Origin: Fidelibacterota bacterium
GTDB lineage: Bacteria > Fidelibacterota > Fidelibacteria > Fidelibacterales > DSDE01
Length of the DNA: 64,000 nucleotides
Assembly (NCBI GenBank): GCA_046735395.1
Contig: JBJKQR010000001.1
Location: forward strand, 32,001-96,000
Reading direction: 5' to 3'
This document shows positions 8,190 to 19,145 of the stretch, piece by piece. The translations under genes and the position numbers were made by a program. Position 1 is the first letter of the stretch; each line of letters starts with the position of its first letter. The notes beneath the pieces were generated by a model. The model was given only the letters and a program-made list of their open reading frames with translations. It made no database searches and was not told the origin of the DNA.

Positions 8190-10871
8190 ATGAACCTTGC
8201 TGTGAAAAGAGAATTCTGGAATAGAAAAGCACCCAAGCGATCATTGAAAACACGGATGACGCTTTTCGTTCTGGTGGTGTTTTTAGTTAGCATCTGGTCA
8301 CTTTTCGTTTATGAAAGCAGAATTTTGCATGAGGATGTGACGGGGATTCTGGGGCAGCAACAATTTTCAACAGCATCCATCATTGCAAAGTCCATTAGTT
8401 CTGAATTCGATATCAGATTTAAAACCTTGCAGGAAGCTGCCCGGGAAATGTCGCTATATATGATGGATCATGCAGCTCTCCAATCCGCGTTGGAAGAGTA
8501 TTCCGAGCTGCTGTATCTTTTCAACGGCGGAATTATCATCACGGACGGGACGGGACATGCTATCGCGGATCTTCCCTATTCAACCGGCCGGATAGGCCAG
8601 TATTATGGCGATGATCCCTGGGTTTCAGGCGCACTTCATGACGGCCGCTCCAGCGTGGGGCATCCCATTATGGGAAAGGTGCTCGGTGTTCCGGTTTTCG
8701 GGATGACGGTTCCTGTCTTTGATCAAAATGGCGACATCATCGGTAGTATCGGCGGTGTTGTGGAAATCGAAGAGATGACCTTCATGGACGGGATCGCCGG
8801 TAGTCGTTATGGCGGTGGTGGCGGGTATATGATAATTGCACCGGAATACCGTTTGATTGTGACCGCGAGCGATAAGAAAAATGTTCTGGAAACACTTCCT
8901 GAAGAAGGTAAGAATCCGGATTTTGATCGTCTACTGCAGTCTGATGAGGGGCTTTGTTCCATCCTGTCCGGGCTGGAAGGGGAAGATGTTCTCATCTCCA
9001 TGGATATTATTTCTGCCACAGGGTGGCGGGTTATTGTATCCCTGCCGACACGGGAAGCCTTTGTTCCCATTCGCGATCTTCAACATCGTAGTCTGCTGGC
9101 CACCATCCTGTTGACTCTGATTGCAGGAGCGCTTACCTGGTGGATGCTTCGACGTCAGCTTCTGCCTCTGTCGCAGGCTGTCTATACACTCGCACACCTA
9201 TCCGTTTCCGATCTTCCGGTGCAGAATTTGCCGGTTAAACGTCAGGACGAAGTGGGTGAACTGATTCAGGGTTTCAATCGTCTGCTGGATACGCTCAGGA
9301 AGCGTGAAATATCCCTCAACGAAAGTCATGAGATTCTCTGAACCATTCTGGAAACATCCCGGGATGGCTATTGGCATGCCGATCTGGAAGGCCGCTTTCT
9401 GAATGTGAATGAGACCTATGTCCGGCTGTCAGGATATTCGCGTGAGGAACTGCTTACCCTGCGGATTCAGGATATGGAAGCTATCGAAAAGGACATTGAT
9501 ACGCGACAGCATATTCAGAAGATCATAAGTGAAGGAGGAGACCAGTTCGAATCAAGGCACCGCAGGAAGGACGGTTCGGTATGGGATGTGGAGGTCAGCG
9601 CCGTATACAGCAATGTGCATGGCGGACAGTTCTTTGCTTTTATTCGTGATATCAGCGAACGGAAAAGGGCTGAGGAGGAGAATGCCCTCCTCCAGGATCA
9701 GTTCCTTCAGGCTCAGAAAATGGAATCTGTCGGCCGTCTGGCCGGTGGTGTTGCCCACGATTTCAATAATATGCTTGGTGTTATTCTGGGGCATGCCGAA
9801 CTTGCGTTGAAGAGGGTTGATCCCGGCAGTAGGGCGCTGAACGATCTGGAACAGATCATCACGGCAGCCAACCGGTCTGCAGACCTGACCCGGCAATTGC
9901 TGATTTTTGCCCGTAAACAGACAGTCGTTCCCAGGGTGCTGAATCTGAGTGAATCGATTACCAGTATTCTGAAAATGCTGGAGCGGATGATCGGTGAAAA
10001 TATCCGGATTCGCTGGGAACCATCTGACGATCTCTGGTCAATCAAAATAGATCCGTCCCAGTTGAATCAGATCCTCATCAATCTCTGCGTCAATGCCCGG
10101 GATGCCATCCAGGATGTGGGGACGATAAAGATTGGAAGCTCCAATATCAGCATTGACGGGGCCTTTTGCGCTGCACATGTGGATGCCGAACCCGGTCAGT
10201 ATGTACATATTTCCGTCAGTGATGACGGATGTGGCATTTCCGCCGATGTTCTCGAGAATATTTTCGAACCATTCTTCACGACGAAGGAATTCGATAAGGG
10301 AACGGGCCTGGGCCTGGCTACCGTGTATGGAACGGTACGGCAGAACGGCGGCTTTATCACTGTGGATAGTATTCTTGATAAGGGCACGACTTTCAATATC
10401 TATCTCCCGCGCCATACAGGCCGGATTGATGAAGAGATAAACTGTGAAAGCGGAGAAACTGCAGAACGGGGGGATGAAACCATTCTTCTTGTGGAGGACG
10501 AACCCAATCTTCTCATGCTGACGGCAGTAGGGCTGGAAAGCAACGGCTATACCGTACTCTCAGCCAACGGTCCGGAAGAAGCAATCCGACTGGCGGAAAA
10601 CCAGGAGGGGCGGATCGACCTGCTCCTCACCGACGTGATCATGCCGGTTATGAACGGACATATGCTGGCATCCCGTCTGGTGGAAACCTGGCCGCATATC
10701 CGCTGTCTGTTTACGTCCGGATATATGGATGATATCATCTCCAGCCAGGGCGTGCTGGATAAGGACATGAATTTTATCGCCAAACCCTTCACCATCGAAA
10801 ATCTACTCCAGAAAGTTCGGGAGGTTCTGAATCGGCCTCCCACACCCGAAAATATGGGCCGTAATACCTGA
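8190..10871 (+). pseudogene. Hybrid sensor histidine kinase (TM-Cache-HAMP-PAS-HisKA-HATPase-REC) interrupted by one in-frame TGA at 9339-9341
   Basis: ORFs 8190-9341 and 9405-10871 share a frame; the 63-nt gap translates TILETSRDGYWHADLEGRFLN (PAS start); H-box AGGVAHDFNN, G-box GTGLGL, receiver LLLTDVIMP. Confidence 0.8.
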
Positions 10872-11020
10872 CCGGCCTGAAATATTTAACCATCAACATC
10901 CCTGTACCGGAATATTATGTTGAGAATTCAAATTGTCTCATTGACCTATACAGCTGTAAATTTGATTCAATGAATATGTGGGTGAGCAAATCAGATAAAA
11001 CTGCATGAAAGGATTTTGTA

Positions 11021-12229
11021 ATGACAAAGCGCTGCACTTTAATATCAACTCTCACCGGCCAGGAATATCCTTTTGAGCGGATTGAGGAATTTGCTGACAA
11101 CGGCGAGTCATTGGAAGTGGCCATTCCCGGAATTGAAAATGCGCGAATCCGGAACGCTGCTCACGTATTTGAGCGATTCGCTGATTTTATGCCCTTTTCA
11201 CAGCTATCCGAGGAGCTTTCTCTCGGTGAAGGGAATACGGCCCTCGTGAAGGCGGATCGTAAACTTCAGGACCATACCGGTGTCGAGGGCCTGCTTCTCA
11301 AGAACGAAACACAGAATCCCACCTGGAGTTTCAAGGACCGGGGGTCTCTGGCCTGTATCGCCATGGCCCGGGAGATGAATGAAACGGTTACCGCGACGAT
11401 TTCCACCGGCAATATGGGAAATTCCATCTCTGCCTACGGTGCCAGAGCCGGCATACGCACGCTTGTCTTTGTGCCCGATTTCACGCCCCGGGAAAAGATC
11501 ATGGCCATGGGCATTCACGGTGCCACGGTGATAAAAATCAGCGCGCCCGATTATTCCGCTATGAAAAAACATGTATTGAGCCTGGCGGGAAGCCTGAATC
11601 TGCGTATTGTATCCGGCAACGGGCCTATTCGCGCGGAAGGTTACAAACTCACCGCCTTTGAGATGTTCGAACAGATGAAGGGGCAGGTTCCGGATTACAT
11701 CGCAGTCCCCACTTCGGCCTGTGGCCATATCCGGGGATTATTCAAGGGATACCGGGAACTGATGAAGGCAGGAATAATTCACAGCCTTCCCAAAATGATC
11801 ATTGTGCAGGCCCGGAATAACAGTCCCATCGTCTCGGCAATCAAACAGGGGAAACGGGATATTATTCCATTCTCGAATTTTCATACGGTGGCAGAGGCCA
11901 TCACCAGCGGTACGCCCATGGGCGGTGACGAAATTATCGATAAAGCCATGAAATACGGCTGGCTTGCCGAGGATGTATCCGAAGAGGATATCCTCGATTC
12001 GCAGAAGCGCCTGGCTGAATCCGGTTTTTTTGTCGAGCCCGCGTCTGCGACAAGCCTGGCCGCTATTCGTTCCCAGCGTTCTGCCGGTAAGATAGAGGAT
12101 GATGCAACGGTGGTGATGATGCTGACGGGATCGGGACTGAAGGATGCCGATGTTCTGAAATACCACCGGGCCGATGTACGGGAAGTCACGCTGGACCAGG
12201 TCGAAAGCTCAATCCGCACCTATATCTGA
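11021..12229 (+). CDS. thrC: Threonine synthase family PLP-dependent enzyme
   Basis: SLGEGNT, NPTWSFKDRG (PLP lysine), STGNMG, EPASA, LTGSGLK. Confidence 0.8.
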   Translation: MTKRCTLISTLTGQEYPFERIEEFADNGESLEVAIPGIENARIRNAAHVFERFADFMPFSQLSEELSLGEGNTALVKADRKLQDHTGVEGLLLKNETQNPTWSFKDRGSLACIAMAREMNETVTATISTGNMGNSISAYGARAGIRTLVFVPDFTPREKIMAMGIHGATVIKISAPDYSAMKKHVLSLAGSLNLRIVSGNGPIRAEGYKLTAFEMFEQMKGQVPDYIAVPTSACGHIRGLFKGYRELMKAGIIHSLPKMIIVQARNNSPIVSAIKQGKRDIIPFSNFHTVAEAITSGTPMGGDEIIDKAMKYGWLAEDVSEEDILDSQKRLAESGFFVEPASATSLAAIRSQRSAGKIEDDATVVMMLTGSGLKDADVLKYHRADVREVTLDQVESSIRTYI

Positions 12230-12235
12230 TAAAGG

Positions 12236-12646
12236 ATGAATCTTATGAAAACCATATATCATAAACCTGAGGGCAGTGTCACATCCGGCCCCTATTCGCC
12301 GGCAGTGCAGGTTCGGAGTACTGGCGGTACCATGCTGTTTGTTTCCGGGCAGGGAACAAAGAATCCCGTAACCGGCGAACGGGTTGTAGGCGCCATGACG
12401 GACCAGGCGAAAGCCGCTATGGAAAATCTCAGAACCGTGGTCGAGGGCAGTGGCTTTCTTATGGAGGAAATTGTAAAGGTAACTATTTTCCTTACCAGTA
12501 TGGAGGATGGCCCCGCTGTCAATAAGGTCTATCAGTCCTATTTCGCGGAAGGACGTTATCCGGCGAGGTCCACCGTCGCCGTCAGGCAACTTCCCGGCGG
12601 CCAGGGGATTGAGATCGAAGCCGTGGCTGTTCGGAATGGAAACTGA
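12236..12646 (+). CDS. RidA/YjgF/UK114 family enamine/imine deaminase
   Basis: GPYSPAV, FVSGQ, PARSTV.V..LP....IEIEAVA. Confidence 0.9.
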   Translation: MNLMKTIYHKPEGSVTSGPYSPAVQVRSTGGTMLFVSGQGTKNPVTGERVVGAMTDQAKAAMENLRTVVEGSGFLMEEIVKVTIFLTSMEDGPAVNKVYQSYFAEGRYPARSTVAVRQLPGGQGIEIEAVAVRNGN

Positions 12647-12700
12647 TTTATTTGTATAGTCTGAAAATCTTGTATAAATAAAAATCCGCCCCGAATCCAA

Positions 12701-12847
12701 CACGACGGAATTCTGCCTGCAGGAAGCTGGGAAATGGAGTGGAACGGACGAAATGATTCAGGTCTGCCGGAAGCCAGCGGGATATATTTTCTGAAACTTC
12801 AGGGGGAGGGTCTGTACGCATTGCGGAAGTGCCTGCTGCTCAAGTAA
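12701..12847 (+). pseudogene. Orphan fragment of a FlgD-Ig/T9SS-type C-terminal sorting domain
   Basis: Translates HDGILPAGSWEMEWNGRNDSGLPEASGIYFLKLQGEGLYALRKCLLLK*; in-frame TGA at 12662 and no start codon between it and 12701. Confidence 0.7.
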
Positions 12848-13087
12848 TACTATCCATTTTCGGTTTTATGTGAAATATGTTAATAGTCTATATGTCAGGC
12901 AGTTAACACGCAGGACTAAAAGTTGAATTCAGATGAATCGTTTTCTGTGCTGATGTTGATTGCCGGAGAGAAGATGTAGTCGGAAAACCATTCTGAAAAC
13001 ACACTTTCACATTGCGAAAATATCTGTATATTACGGCCGGACCAAAAGGAGAATTTCCGGAAACCGCTAATCAGAAAGGATTGATAA

Positions 13088-13678
13088 ATGAAACGAATTA
13101 CGGCATTTCTGTTCCTGATCATGATGCTGATGTTCGCATGCAGGACACCTCAGGAAACGACTAAAATTATCAGCAAGGCCGAATGGGGCGGAGCGCCCGG
13201 TGACAGCAGCAAAATGAAACTTCATCAGATCCAAAAGATCACCATACATCACGAAGGAATTGAAGATGACGGGTCAAAGACCGGCGCGCAGAAAATGAGA
13301 AATTTGCAGCATTTCAGCCTGAATGACAAACCCTGGGGGGATATACCCTATCATTATGTCATTGATCTGAAAGGCAATGTGTATGAAGGTCGGGATGTGA
13401 AATATGCCGGGGATACGAATACAAGTTATGATCCGACCGGACATCTGCTGATCTGTGTGGACGGCAATTACGAAGTGCAGGAACTGCTCCCTGAGACATA
13501 TAATGCACTGGTCAAACTGACTGCGGAAATGGCGGAAAAATACAGTATTTCGCTTGATGACATTAAAACACACAGGGATTACACATCCGAAACGGTCTGC
13601 CCGGGAAAGAACCTGTACGCGAAATTCACATCCGGGGACTTTTACCGCGATGTGGAAAAAATGATGAAGACGAAATAA
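13088..13678 (+). CDS. Lipoprotein N-acetylmuramoyl-L-alanine amidase (Amidase_2 / PGRP-like)
   Basis: Lipobox-like MFAC; ITIHH, WGDIPYHYVI...YEGR, THRD...TVCPG. Confidence 0.9.
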   Translation: MKRITAFLFLIMMLMFACRTPQETTKIISKAEWGGAPGDSSKMKLHQIQKITIHHEGIEDDGSKTGAQKMRNLQHFSLNDKPWGDIPYHYVIDLKGNVYEGRDVKYAGDTNTSYDPTGHLLICVDGNYEVQELLPETYNALVKLTAEMAEKYSISLDDIKTHRDYTSETVCPGKNLYAKFTSGDFYRDVEKMMKTK

Positions 13679-13708
13679 TACCTCAGCCGGGAACAGGCAG
13701 GAGATAAA

Positions 13709-14743
13709 ATGAGATATAAATTAAGTAAAATCGCAATCGGGAGGCGCTATGGACTGCAGATATTCGGACTGCTGCTGTGGGCTGCGCTGATGACAGTCAC
13801 ATCCTGCGGGAGTCATAAAACGGGAGTTCTGAAGGGCCGGACCATCTGTATTGATCCCGGACACGGGGGTACGGCGGCTACTGACAGTTTTCGTGTGGGC
13901 CCCACCGGAGAACGGGAGGAATGGATTGACCTGAGAGTTTCCCTCATGCTTGCGGATCTTTTGAAAAAGGACGGGGCTTCTGTAATTCTGACACGGAAAG
14001 CCGATAAGGATGTGGGACTGAAGGCCCGGGCTGATCTGGCCATTGCCCGTCACGCCGATCTGTTTATTTCTGTTCATCACAATGCCACGGCCGACAGTTC
14101 TGTAAATATTCCCATCATTTATTTTCACGGAAATGCGTCGGAAAATCAGGCCAGTGTTGAATTCGCAAAACGTTTTGCCAGGGAAATTCGGTTTTTGTGG
14201 CCAAACGGGAATATTCCTGTGAGCATCACTTCCGATTTTGTTATTTTTCCGACCAGCGGCGCGTCTGTATTGAGAAATTCCTACGGAATTCCCGGAATTA
14301 TCGGAGAAGCTTCCTTCTTTTCCAATCCGGCCGAAGAGCTGCGGCTGAAGGATCGGGAACACAATAAGCAGGAAGCCTTGGCGTATCACCGGGCTATTCT
14401 GAATTATTTTACCGGGCCTCAGCTGCCGGTACTGGAGCTGAAATCCCGGGTTTCACTGCCGCCTTTTCCCGTTTTTCAGGAGGCGGGCCGTATGGATCCC
14501 CTCGCACTGAAATGGCAGGAAGACTACGAAGAAGGATGCAGATTGGCTGTCTCGGATGATCCGGATTCCCTCGCACTCGCGGACAGTCTGCTTACCCGCA
14601 GCGTCCGCTACTTCCCCGATTCCTGGCTGGCCGGTGATGCCCATCTGCAGCGCAGCCGTGTTCTGGCGAAAATGGGACGGACGGCTGAGGCGGAAGAAGC
14701 CCGGCAGCGGTGTGAAGAACATTATGTGCCGATGGAGAAATAA
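13709..14743 (+). CDS. N-acetylmuramoyl-L-alanine amidase (Amidase_3) with TPR-like C-terminus
   Basis: ICIDPGHGG, EREE, FISVHHNA, GEASF. Confidence 0.9.
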   Translation: MRYKLSKIAIGRRYGLQIFGLLLWAALMTVTSCGSHKTGVLKGRTICIDPGHGGTAATDSFRVGPTGEREEWIDLRVSLMLADLLKKDGASVILTRKADKDVGLKARADLAIARHADLFISVHHNATADSSVNIPIIYFHGNASENQASVEFAKRFAREIRFLWPNGNIPVSITSDFVIFPTSGASVLRNSYGIPGIIGEASFFSNPAEELRLKDREHNKQEALAYHRAILNYFTGPQLPVLELKSRVSLPPFPVFQEAGRMDPLALKWQEDYEEGCRLAVSDDPDSLALADSLLTRSVRYFPDSWLAGDAHLQRSRVLAKMGRTAEAEEARQRCEEHYVPMEK

Positions 14744-14943
14744 CAGACGGCTAAGTTTTTCCGCTGACTGAGAAAACAGACGTTTTGAATGTATTTTCTC
14801 CCATCCGGAACCCGATCCCCGGGTCATTACAGCATCGAAAATACTTGCCTCTATGATTATGCCGTCGAAATTGCAATAATGAAAATGCTCCCGGGATTTC
14901 TTATACTACGTCCGGAAAAAGGCTTAGGAAAGGTAGTATTTCA

Positions 14944-17169
14944 ATGCACAACCGATCAGAGAAATTCCGTTTTCAATTCATTCATCCACTCAGAGCTGCA
15001 ATATTGTTTCTGGGTTTATTCATGTGCTTTACGCTGCCCCTGTCAGCTCAGAATACACTGAGGGCCGTAGTGCGCGACCGCCTGTCCATGCTGCCGCTGC
15101 CGGGAGCCGATGTGTATATTGATTCACTTTCTGTGGGAGCCGTCAGTGATATAAACGGCCTGGCGCTGATCCCGAATATTCCCGATGGCCTATCATCTGT
15201 TAAATTTTCCTATATGGGTTACCGCACATTGGAACTGAAAATGTCCTTCAACGCAGAGTCGTCCCGGTCAGATACGACAGTGCTGCTTGAGCCGGAAATC
15301 CTGGAAAATGCCAGCGTGATTGTGACGTCCACTCGAAGCAATGGGGTGGTTTCGGATATCCCGGTTCATGTGGAGGTACTGGGCCTGGAGGAAGTGAGGG
15401 AGGAGTCGGGTATCAAACCGGGGAATGTGTCCAAGCTGCTCGGTGAAACCTCCGGCGTGCAGGTGCATCAGACCTCGCTGGCCTCCGGAAGTATGGGATT
15501 CAGTATTCAGGGACTTCCGGACCGCTATGCCCGCTTTCTCAAGGATGGTTTTCCTGTCAATGGGGGGCTGTCCTCCGGCTTGTCTCTCCTTCAGGTTCCG
15601 CCCCTTGACCTGCTGCAGGTGGAAGTGATTCGCGGCGCCACATCCGTGCTCTATGGCGGAGACGCCATTTCCGGAATTGTGAATCTCATTTCACGCCGTC
15701 CCTCGGATCAGCCTGAATGGAACGTACTGCTGAACGGCACACAGGAGGAGGGACGGGACTTCAGTACCTGGTTCTCCGGCCGAAAAAACAAACTGGGTAT
15801 GACCCTGCTGGCCACCGGAAGCACACAGAAAGCGGTGGACAGTGACAAGGACGGCTTCAGCGATGTCCCCCGCTTCAGTCAGTATACGGTGAATCCCGTT
15901 CTGTTTTATGATTTCAATTCTCTGTCGTCACTGCGCTTCTCTCTGTCCGCCAGCAATGATAAGCGCCGTGGCGGAGACATGACGGCAATGCAGAATGGAC
16001 CGGATTCCCTCCATCCTTTTCTGGAAACAAACCACGTGGCCCGGCTGGCTTCCCAGGCCGAATATCACCTGACTCTGGACAGCGGTTCATCCCTTTCCCT
16101 CAGAAACAGTTTTTCAGCTTATAAACGCGATTATCATAGTATGAATATGGCCTACTCAGGCACTCAGGTTCTGAATTACAGCGACCTGTACCGCCAGTTC
16201 AGCCCCGGAGACCACGACCTGATTTTGGGAGCGGATCTCAGCTCCGATGCCTTTTCCGGAGATGCCGGCAATTCCCCCGATGCGGGGCCGGCAGATTATT
16301 TTCAGCGGAAAATCGGTGCCTATGTGCAGGATACCTGGTCGCTCAAATCCTGGCTGGTACCTCAGATCGGCCTGAGAGTGGACCGGAACGCCGAATTCGG
16401 AACCTTTGTGTTACCGCGTATTTCTATGCTTCTGAAGCAGAGCAGTCAACTGCAGGCCCGGATCGGTTACGGCAGCGGATACAGCCTGCCGACGCCTTTC
16501 AGCGTTAGTGCGGGAGATGAGGGTAACCGGAGCTTAATAGCAATTCCGGACGGCCTGAAAGCCGAACGGTCGCAGGGACTGAATCTTGATGTGTCCTGGA
16601 AAATCACCAGCGGCGAATTCGGCTTCTCACTGGATCAGGCATTCTTCTACACAAATATTTCAGACGGACTTGTTCCGGAACAGGTATCAGGGGATATCTA
16701 TACTATCGTAAACAGTCGGGATCAGCTGATCAACCGGGGGCTTGATACAAATCTGAAACTGTCACTTGATGAACTCGTGCTCTTCGCGGATTACAGTCGC
16801 ATTGATATCCGTAATCAGAAAGGGGAGAAGGAATATACCGGTTCACCCGTTCCGGAGGATAAACTGAATCTCACGCTGACTTATGAGGAGGAAGGAAAAT
16901 GGAGTACCGGTATCGAAGCCTTCTACACCGGGAAACAGCGTCTGGATGACCTGACGGTGACACAGGAATACTGGACTCTCGGTGTGATGATCCGGAAAGA
17001 TTTCGGGCCTTTTATTCTCACCGGGAACGTGGAAAATCTGACGGATGTGAAACAGTCTGATTTCGGGCCACTTATGACCGGCTCGGTGACAGAGCCTGAA
17101 TTCGCCGCAATTTATGCTCCCACGGACGGACGCGTGGCCAATATTGCCCTCGAAATCAAACTGCGGTAA
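14944..17169 (+). CDS. TonB-dependent outer membrane receptor with N-terminal carboxypeptidase-regulatory-like domain
   Basis: LPGADV...FSYMGY, VIVTSTR, VEVIRGATSVLYGGDAISGIVN plug motif, C-terminal ENLTD. Confidence 0.92.
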   Translation: MHNRSEKFRFQFIHPLRAAILFLGLFMCFTLPLSAQNTLRAVVRDRLSMLPLPGADVYIDSLSVGAVSDINGLALIPNIPDGLSSVKFSYMGYRTLELKMSFNAESSRSDTTVLLEPEILENASVIVTSTRSNGVVSDIPVHVEVLGLEEVREESGIKPGNVSKLLGETSGVQVHQTSLASGSMGFSIQGLPDRYARFLKDGFPVNGGLSSGLSLLQVPPLDLLQVEVIRGATSVLYGGDAISGIVNLISRRPSDQPEWNVLLNGTQEEGRDFSTWFSGRKNKLGMTLLATGSTQKAVDSDKDGFSDVPRFSQYTVNPVLFYDFNSLSSLRFSLSASNDKRRGGDMTAMQNGPDSLHPFLETNHVARLASQAEYHLTLDSGSSLSLRNSFSAYKRDYHSMNMAYSGTQVLNYSDLYRQFSPGDHDLILGADLSSDAFSGDAGNSPDAGPADYFQRKIGAYVQDTWSLKSWLVPQIGLRVDRNAEFGTFVLPRISMLLKQSSQLQARIGYGSGYSLPTPFSVSAGDEGNRSLIAIPDGLKAERSQGLNLDVSWKITSGEFGFSLDQAFFYTNISDGLVPEQVSGDIYTIVNSRDQLINRGLDTNLKLSLDELVLFADYSRIDIRNQKGEKEYTGSPVPEDKLNLTLTYEEEGKWSTGIEAFYTGKQRLDDLTVTQEYWTLGVMIRKDFGPFILTGNVENLTDVKQSDFGPLMTGSVTEPEFAAIYAPTDGRVANIALEIKLR

Positions 17170-17230
17170 TAATTATCAGCGATCGTATAAAAAATATATA
17201 TCTGAATCAAACCACGAAAGGATGTGAATA

Positions 17231-18124
17231 ATGTCTGTTACAAAATCTCTCCTGGCAATCAGTTTGTTTCTTGGACTGCAGAGTACGGGTACTGCGGCTG
17301 AATCGCCGGCTGAAACCTATTTTCTGCTTCGCTGTGATGACATGGGAATGTGTCATTCTCTGAATATGGCTCTCGAAAAGGTGATGGACAGCGGTATTCC
17401 CGTGTCCACATCGGTCATGTTTGCCTGTCCCTGGTATCAGGAGGCGGTGGATATCCTGAAACAGCATCCGGATGTGGCGGTGGGGATTCATCTGACCCTC
17501 AATGCGGAATGGAAAAATTATCGCTGGGGACCGGTTGCCGGTGCGGAAGCGGTTCCGACTCTCGTTGACAGCTGCGGATATTTCTATCCGTCCCGTTCGG
17601 CGCTTTTTGCCGGCAATCCCGATATCCATGAAATTGAAAAGGAACTGCGTGCCCAGATAAACCGGGCCATGCAGTCGGGCATAAAAATAGATTACCTCGA
17701 TTATCACATGGGCGCGGCTGTGGAAACGCCCGAGCTGCGTTCTCTCGTCGAATCCCTGGCCCGCGAATATCATCTGGGCATGTCGGGATATTTCGGTGAA
17801 ATCTATTCCAACTGCACCTATTCCGCGCCGCTGGGAAGCAAAACCGACACGCTGCTCGCTCACCTGCGCCGTATCCAGCCCGGAGTAAATCTTCAGGTGG
17901 TTCACACCGGCCTCATGACAGCGGAAATGAATGCCCTGAAGGATATGAATAAATTCGGCCTGCCGGACATGAGCCGGAACCGGCAGGAGGAACTGAAGGC
18001 CATTACATCGAAAAAGGTCCGGAAACTCCTGAAAAAACGGGGAATTCGTGCCATTACCTATCGGGATCTGATTGAGATGCGGGGGCTTGAGTCCATGCAC
18101 CGCGATGCCGATTCAAATTATTAA
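17231..18124 (+). CDS. ChbG/YdjC family carbohydrate deacetylase, exported
   Basis: RCDDMG, GIHLTL, E..AQI, YLDYHMG; signal peptide. Confidence 0.9.
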   Translation: MSVTKSLLAISLFLGLQSTGTAAESPAETYFLLRCDDMGMCHSLNMALEKVMDSGIPVSTSVMFACPWYQEAVDILKQHPDVAVGIHLTLNAEWKNYRWGPVAGAEAVPTLVDSCGYFYPSRSALFAGNPDIHEIEKELRAQINRAMQSGIKIDYLDYHMGAAVETPELRSLVESLAREYHLGMSGYFGEIYSNCTYSAPLGSKTDTLLAHLRRIQPGVNLQVVHTGLMTAEMNALKDMNKFGLPDMSRNRQEELKAITSKKVRKLLKKRGIRAITYRDLIEMRGLESMHRDADSNY

Positions 18125-18333
18125 TGAAAATAAAAGGAGTATGGTCGCTGCTGATGCAGGCCGGTTTACCCTGTTGGGAGCTCGATAGACAGGCTGAAAA
18201 CCATGAGCAGTGATACCAAATGATAAAGTGATATAAGCTCGGGAACAAGGATCTGTCTTCCGTCAGACGGAATGCGGAACGACCTGATTTCTCATATCAC
18301 CGACAAATCCGAAACACACACGAGGGAGGTTAC

Positions 18334-19122
18334 TTGAAAAGTACGAAGTTATGTATTGTTGTTATGATTTTGCTGGGATTATCCGGAAGCCTGTCGGCCG
18401 TGGAGCGGACCACGACACTGAGATTCTGGCAATATCAGTCTGTCAGCAAATCCCTGACAAAATCTGTCGGACTGTGGGCCATGATCGGCAGCCGGCATGA
18501 AGTGATAAAACGGGTGAATTCGGAAAAATCCGATATCAACCCCTACTATATGACCGAATTGTTTTTCGGGCCGACCTTCCGGAAGCAGCTGGGGAAACAC
18601 CTGCTGTACATGCCCATGGCCTATTACTACATTGATTATCCCATGACGGATAATCCTCAGAATGTGAAAAAAGTCATTACTCATAATATCAATCCCATTT
18701 TCCTTCTCATCAGTCCCCTCGGCAAGGGAATGAGCATGCAGAACCGGCTTGTCTTCTTCGGAACCTTCTATACGGATTTTTATTCGAAGTTTGCCGGGTA
18801 TCCGGAAAAGGATAATTTCGGTTTCAGTCTGATGGCGACCTATAAGTTTCAGCTTACTTTGCCGGGTAACGGAAAAATCAAACCCATTTTTGCCAATGAA
18901 ACCTTCTGGGGCGTGATGGGTGACGATCATGTGAAACCGGCGATTGCCGGAATCGGGTTTACAGACAAAGGCTATCTGTGGAGCCGCACCTATGCCGGTA
19001 TTTCCTGGAAAATCAATCCGCGGGTGATTGCCGAACCTCAGATCATCATGGATAATGACAATCACAAATCGCCCCATACCGCGCATCTGTATTTTCATGT
19101 CACAATGCGCTATTATCTATAA
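18334..19122 (+). CDS. Exported, probable outer-membrane beta-barrel protein (DUF2490-like)
   Basis: Signal peptide, FANETF and SRTYAGISW strands, aromatic C-terminus; TTG start after GGAGG. Confidence 0.55.
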   Translation: MKSTKLCIVVMILLGLSGSLSAVERTTTLRFWQYQSVSKSLTKSVGLWAMIGSRHEVIKRVNSEKSDINPYYMTELFFGPTFRKQLGKHLLYMPMAYYYIDYPMTDNPQNVKKVITHNINPIFLLISPLGKGMSMQNRLVFFGTFYTDFYSKFAGYPEKDNFGFSLMATYKFQLTLPGNGKIKPIFANETFWGVMGDDHVKPAIAGIGFTDKGYLWSRTYAGISWKINPRVIAEPQIIMDNDNHKSPHTAHLYFHVTMRYYL

Positions 19123-19145
19123 AATCCGGAACAGGATTCCGTCAC

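Noticed and set aside
9339..9341. Genome-wide TGA reassignment (alternative genetic code)
   Set aside because: TGA terminates several conserved genes at their expected ends (e.g. purM, queE, queC) and no other gene shows internal TGA
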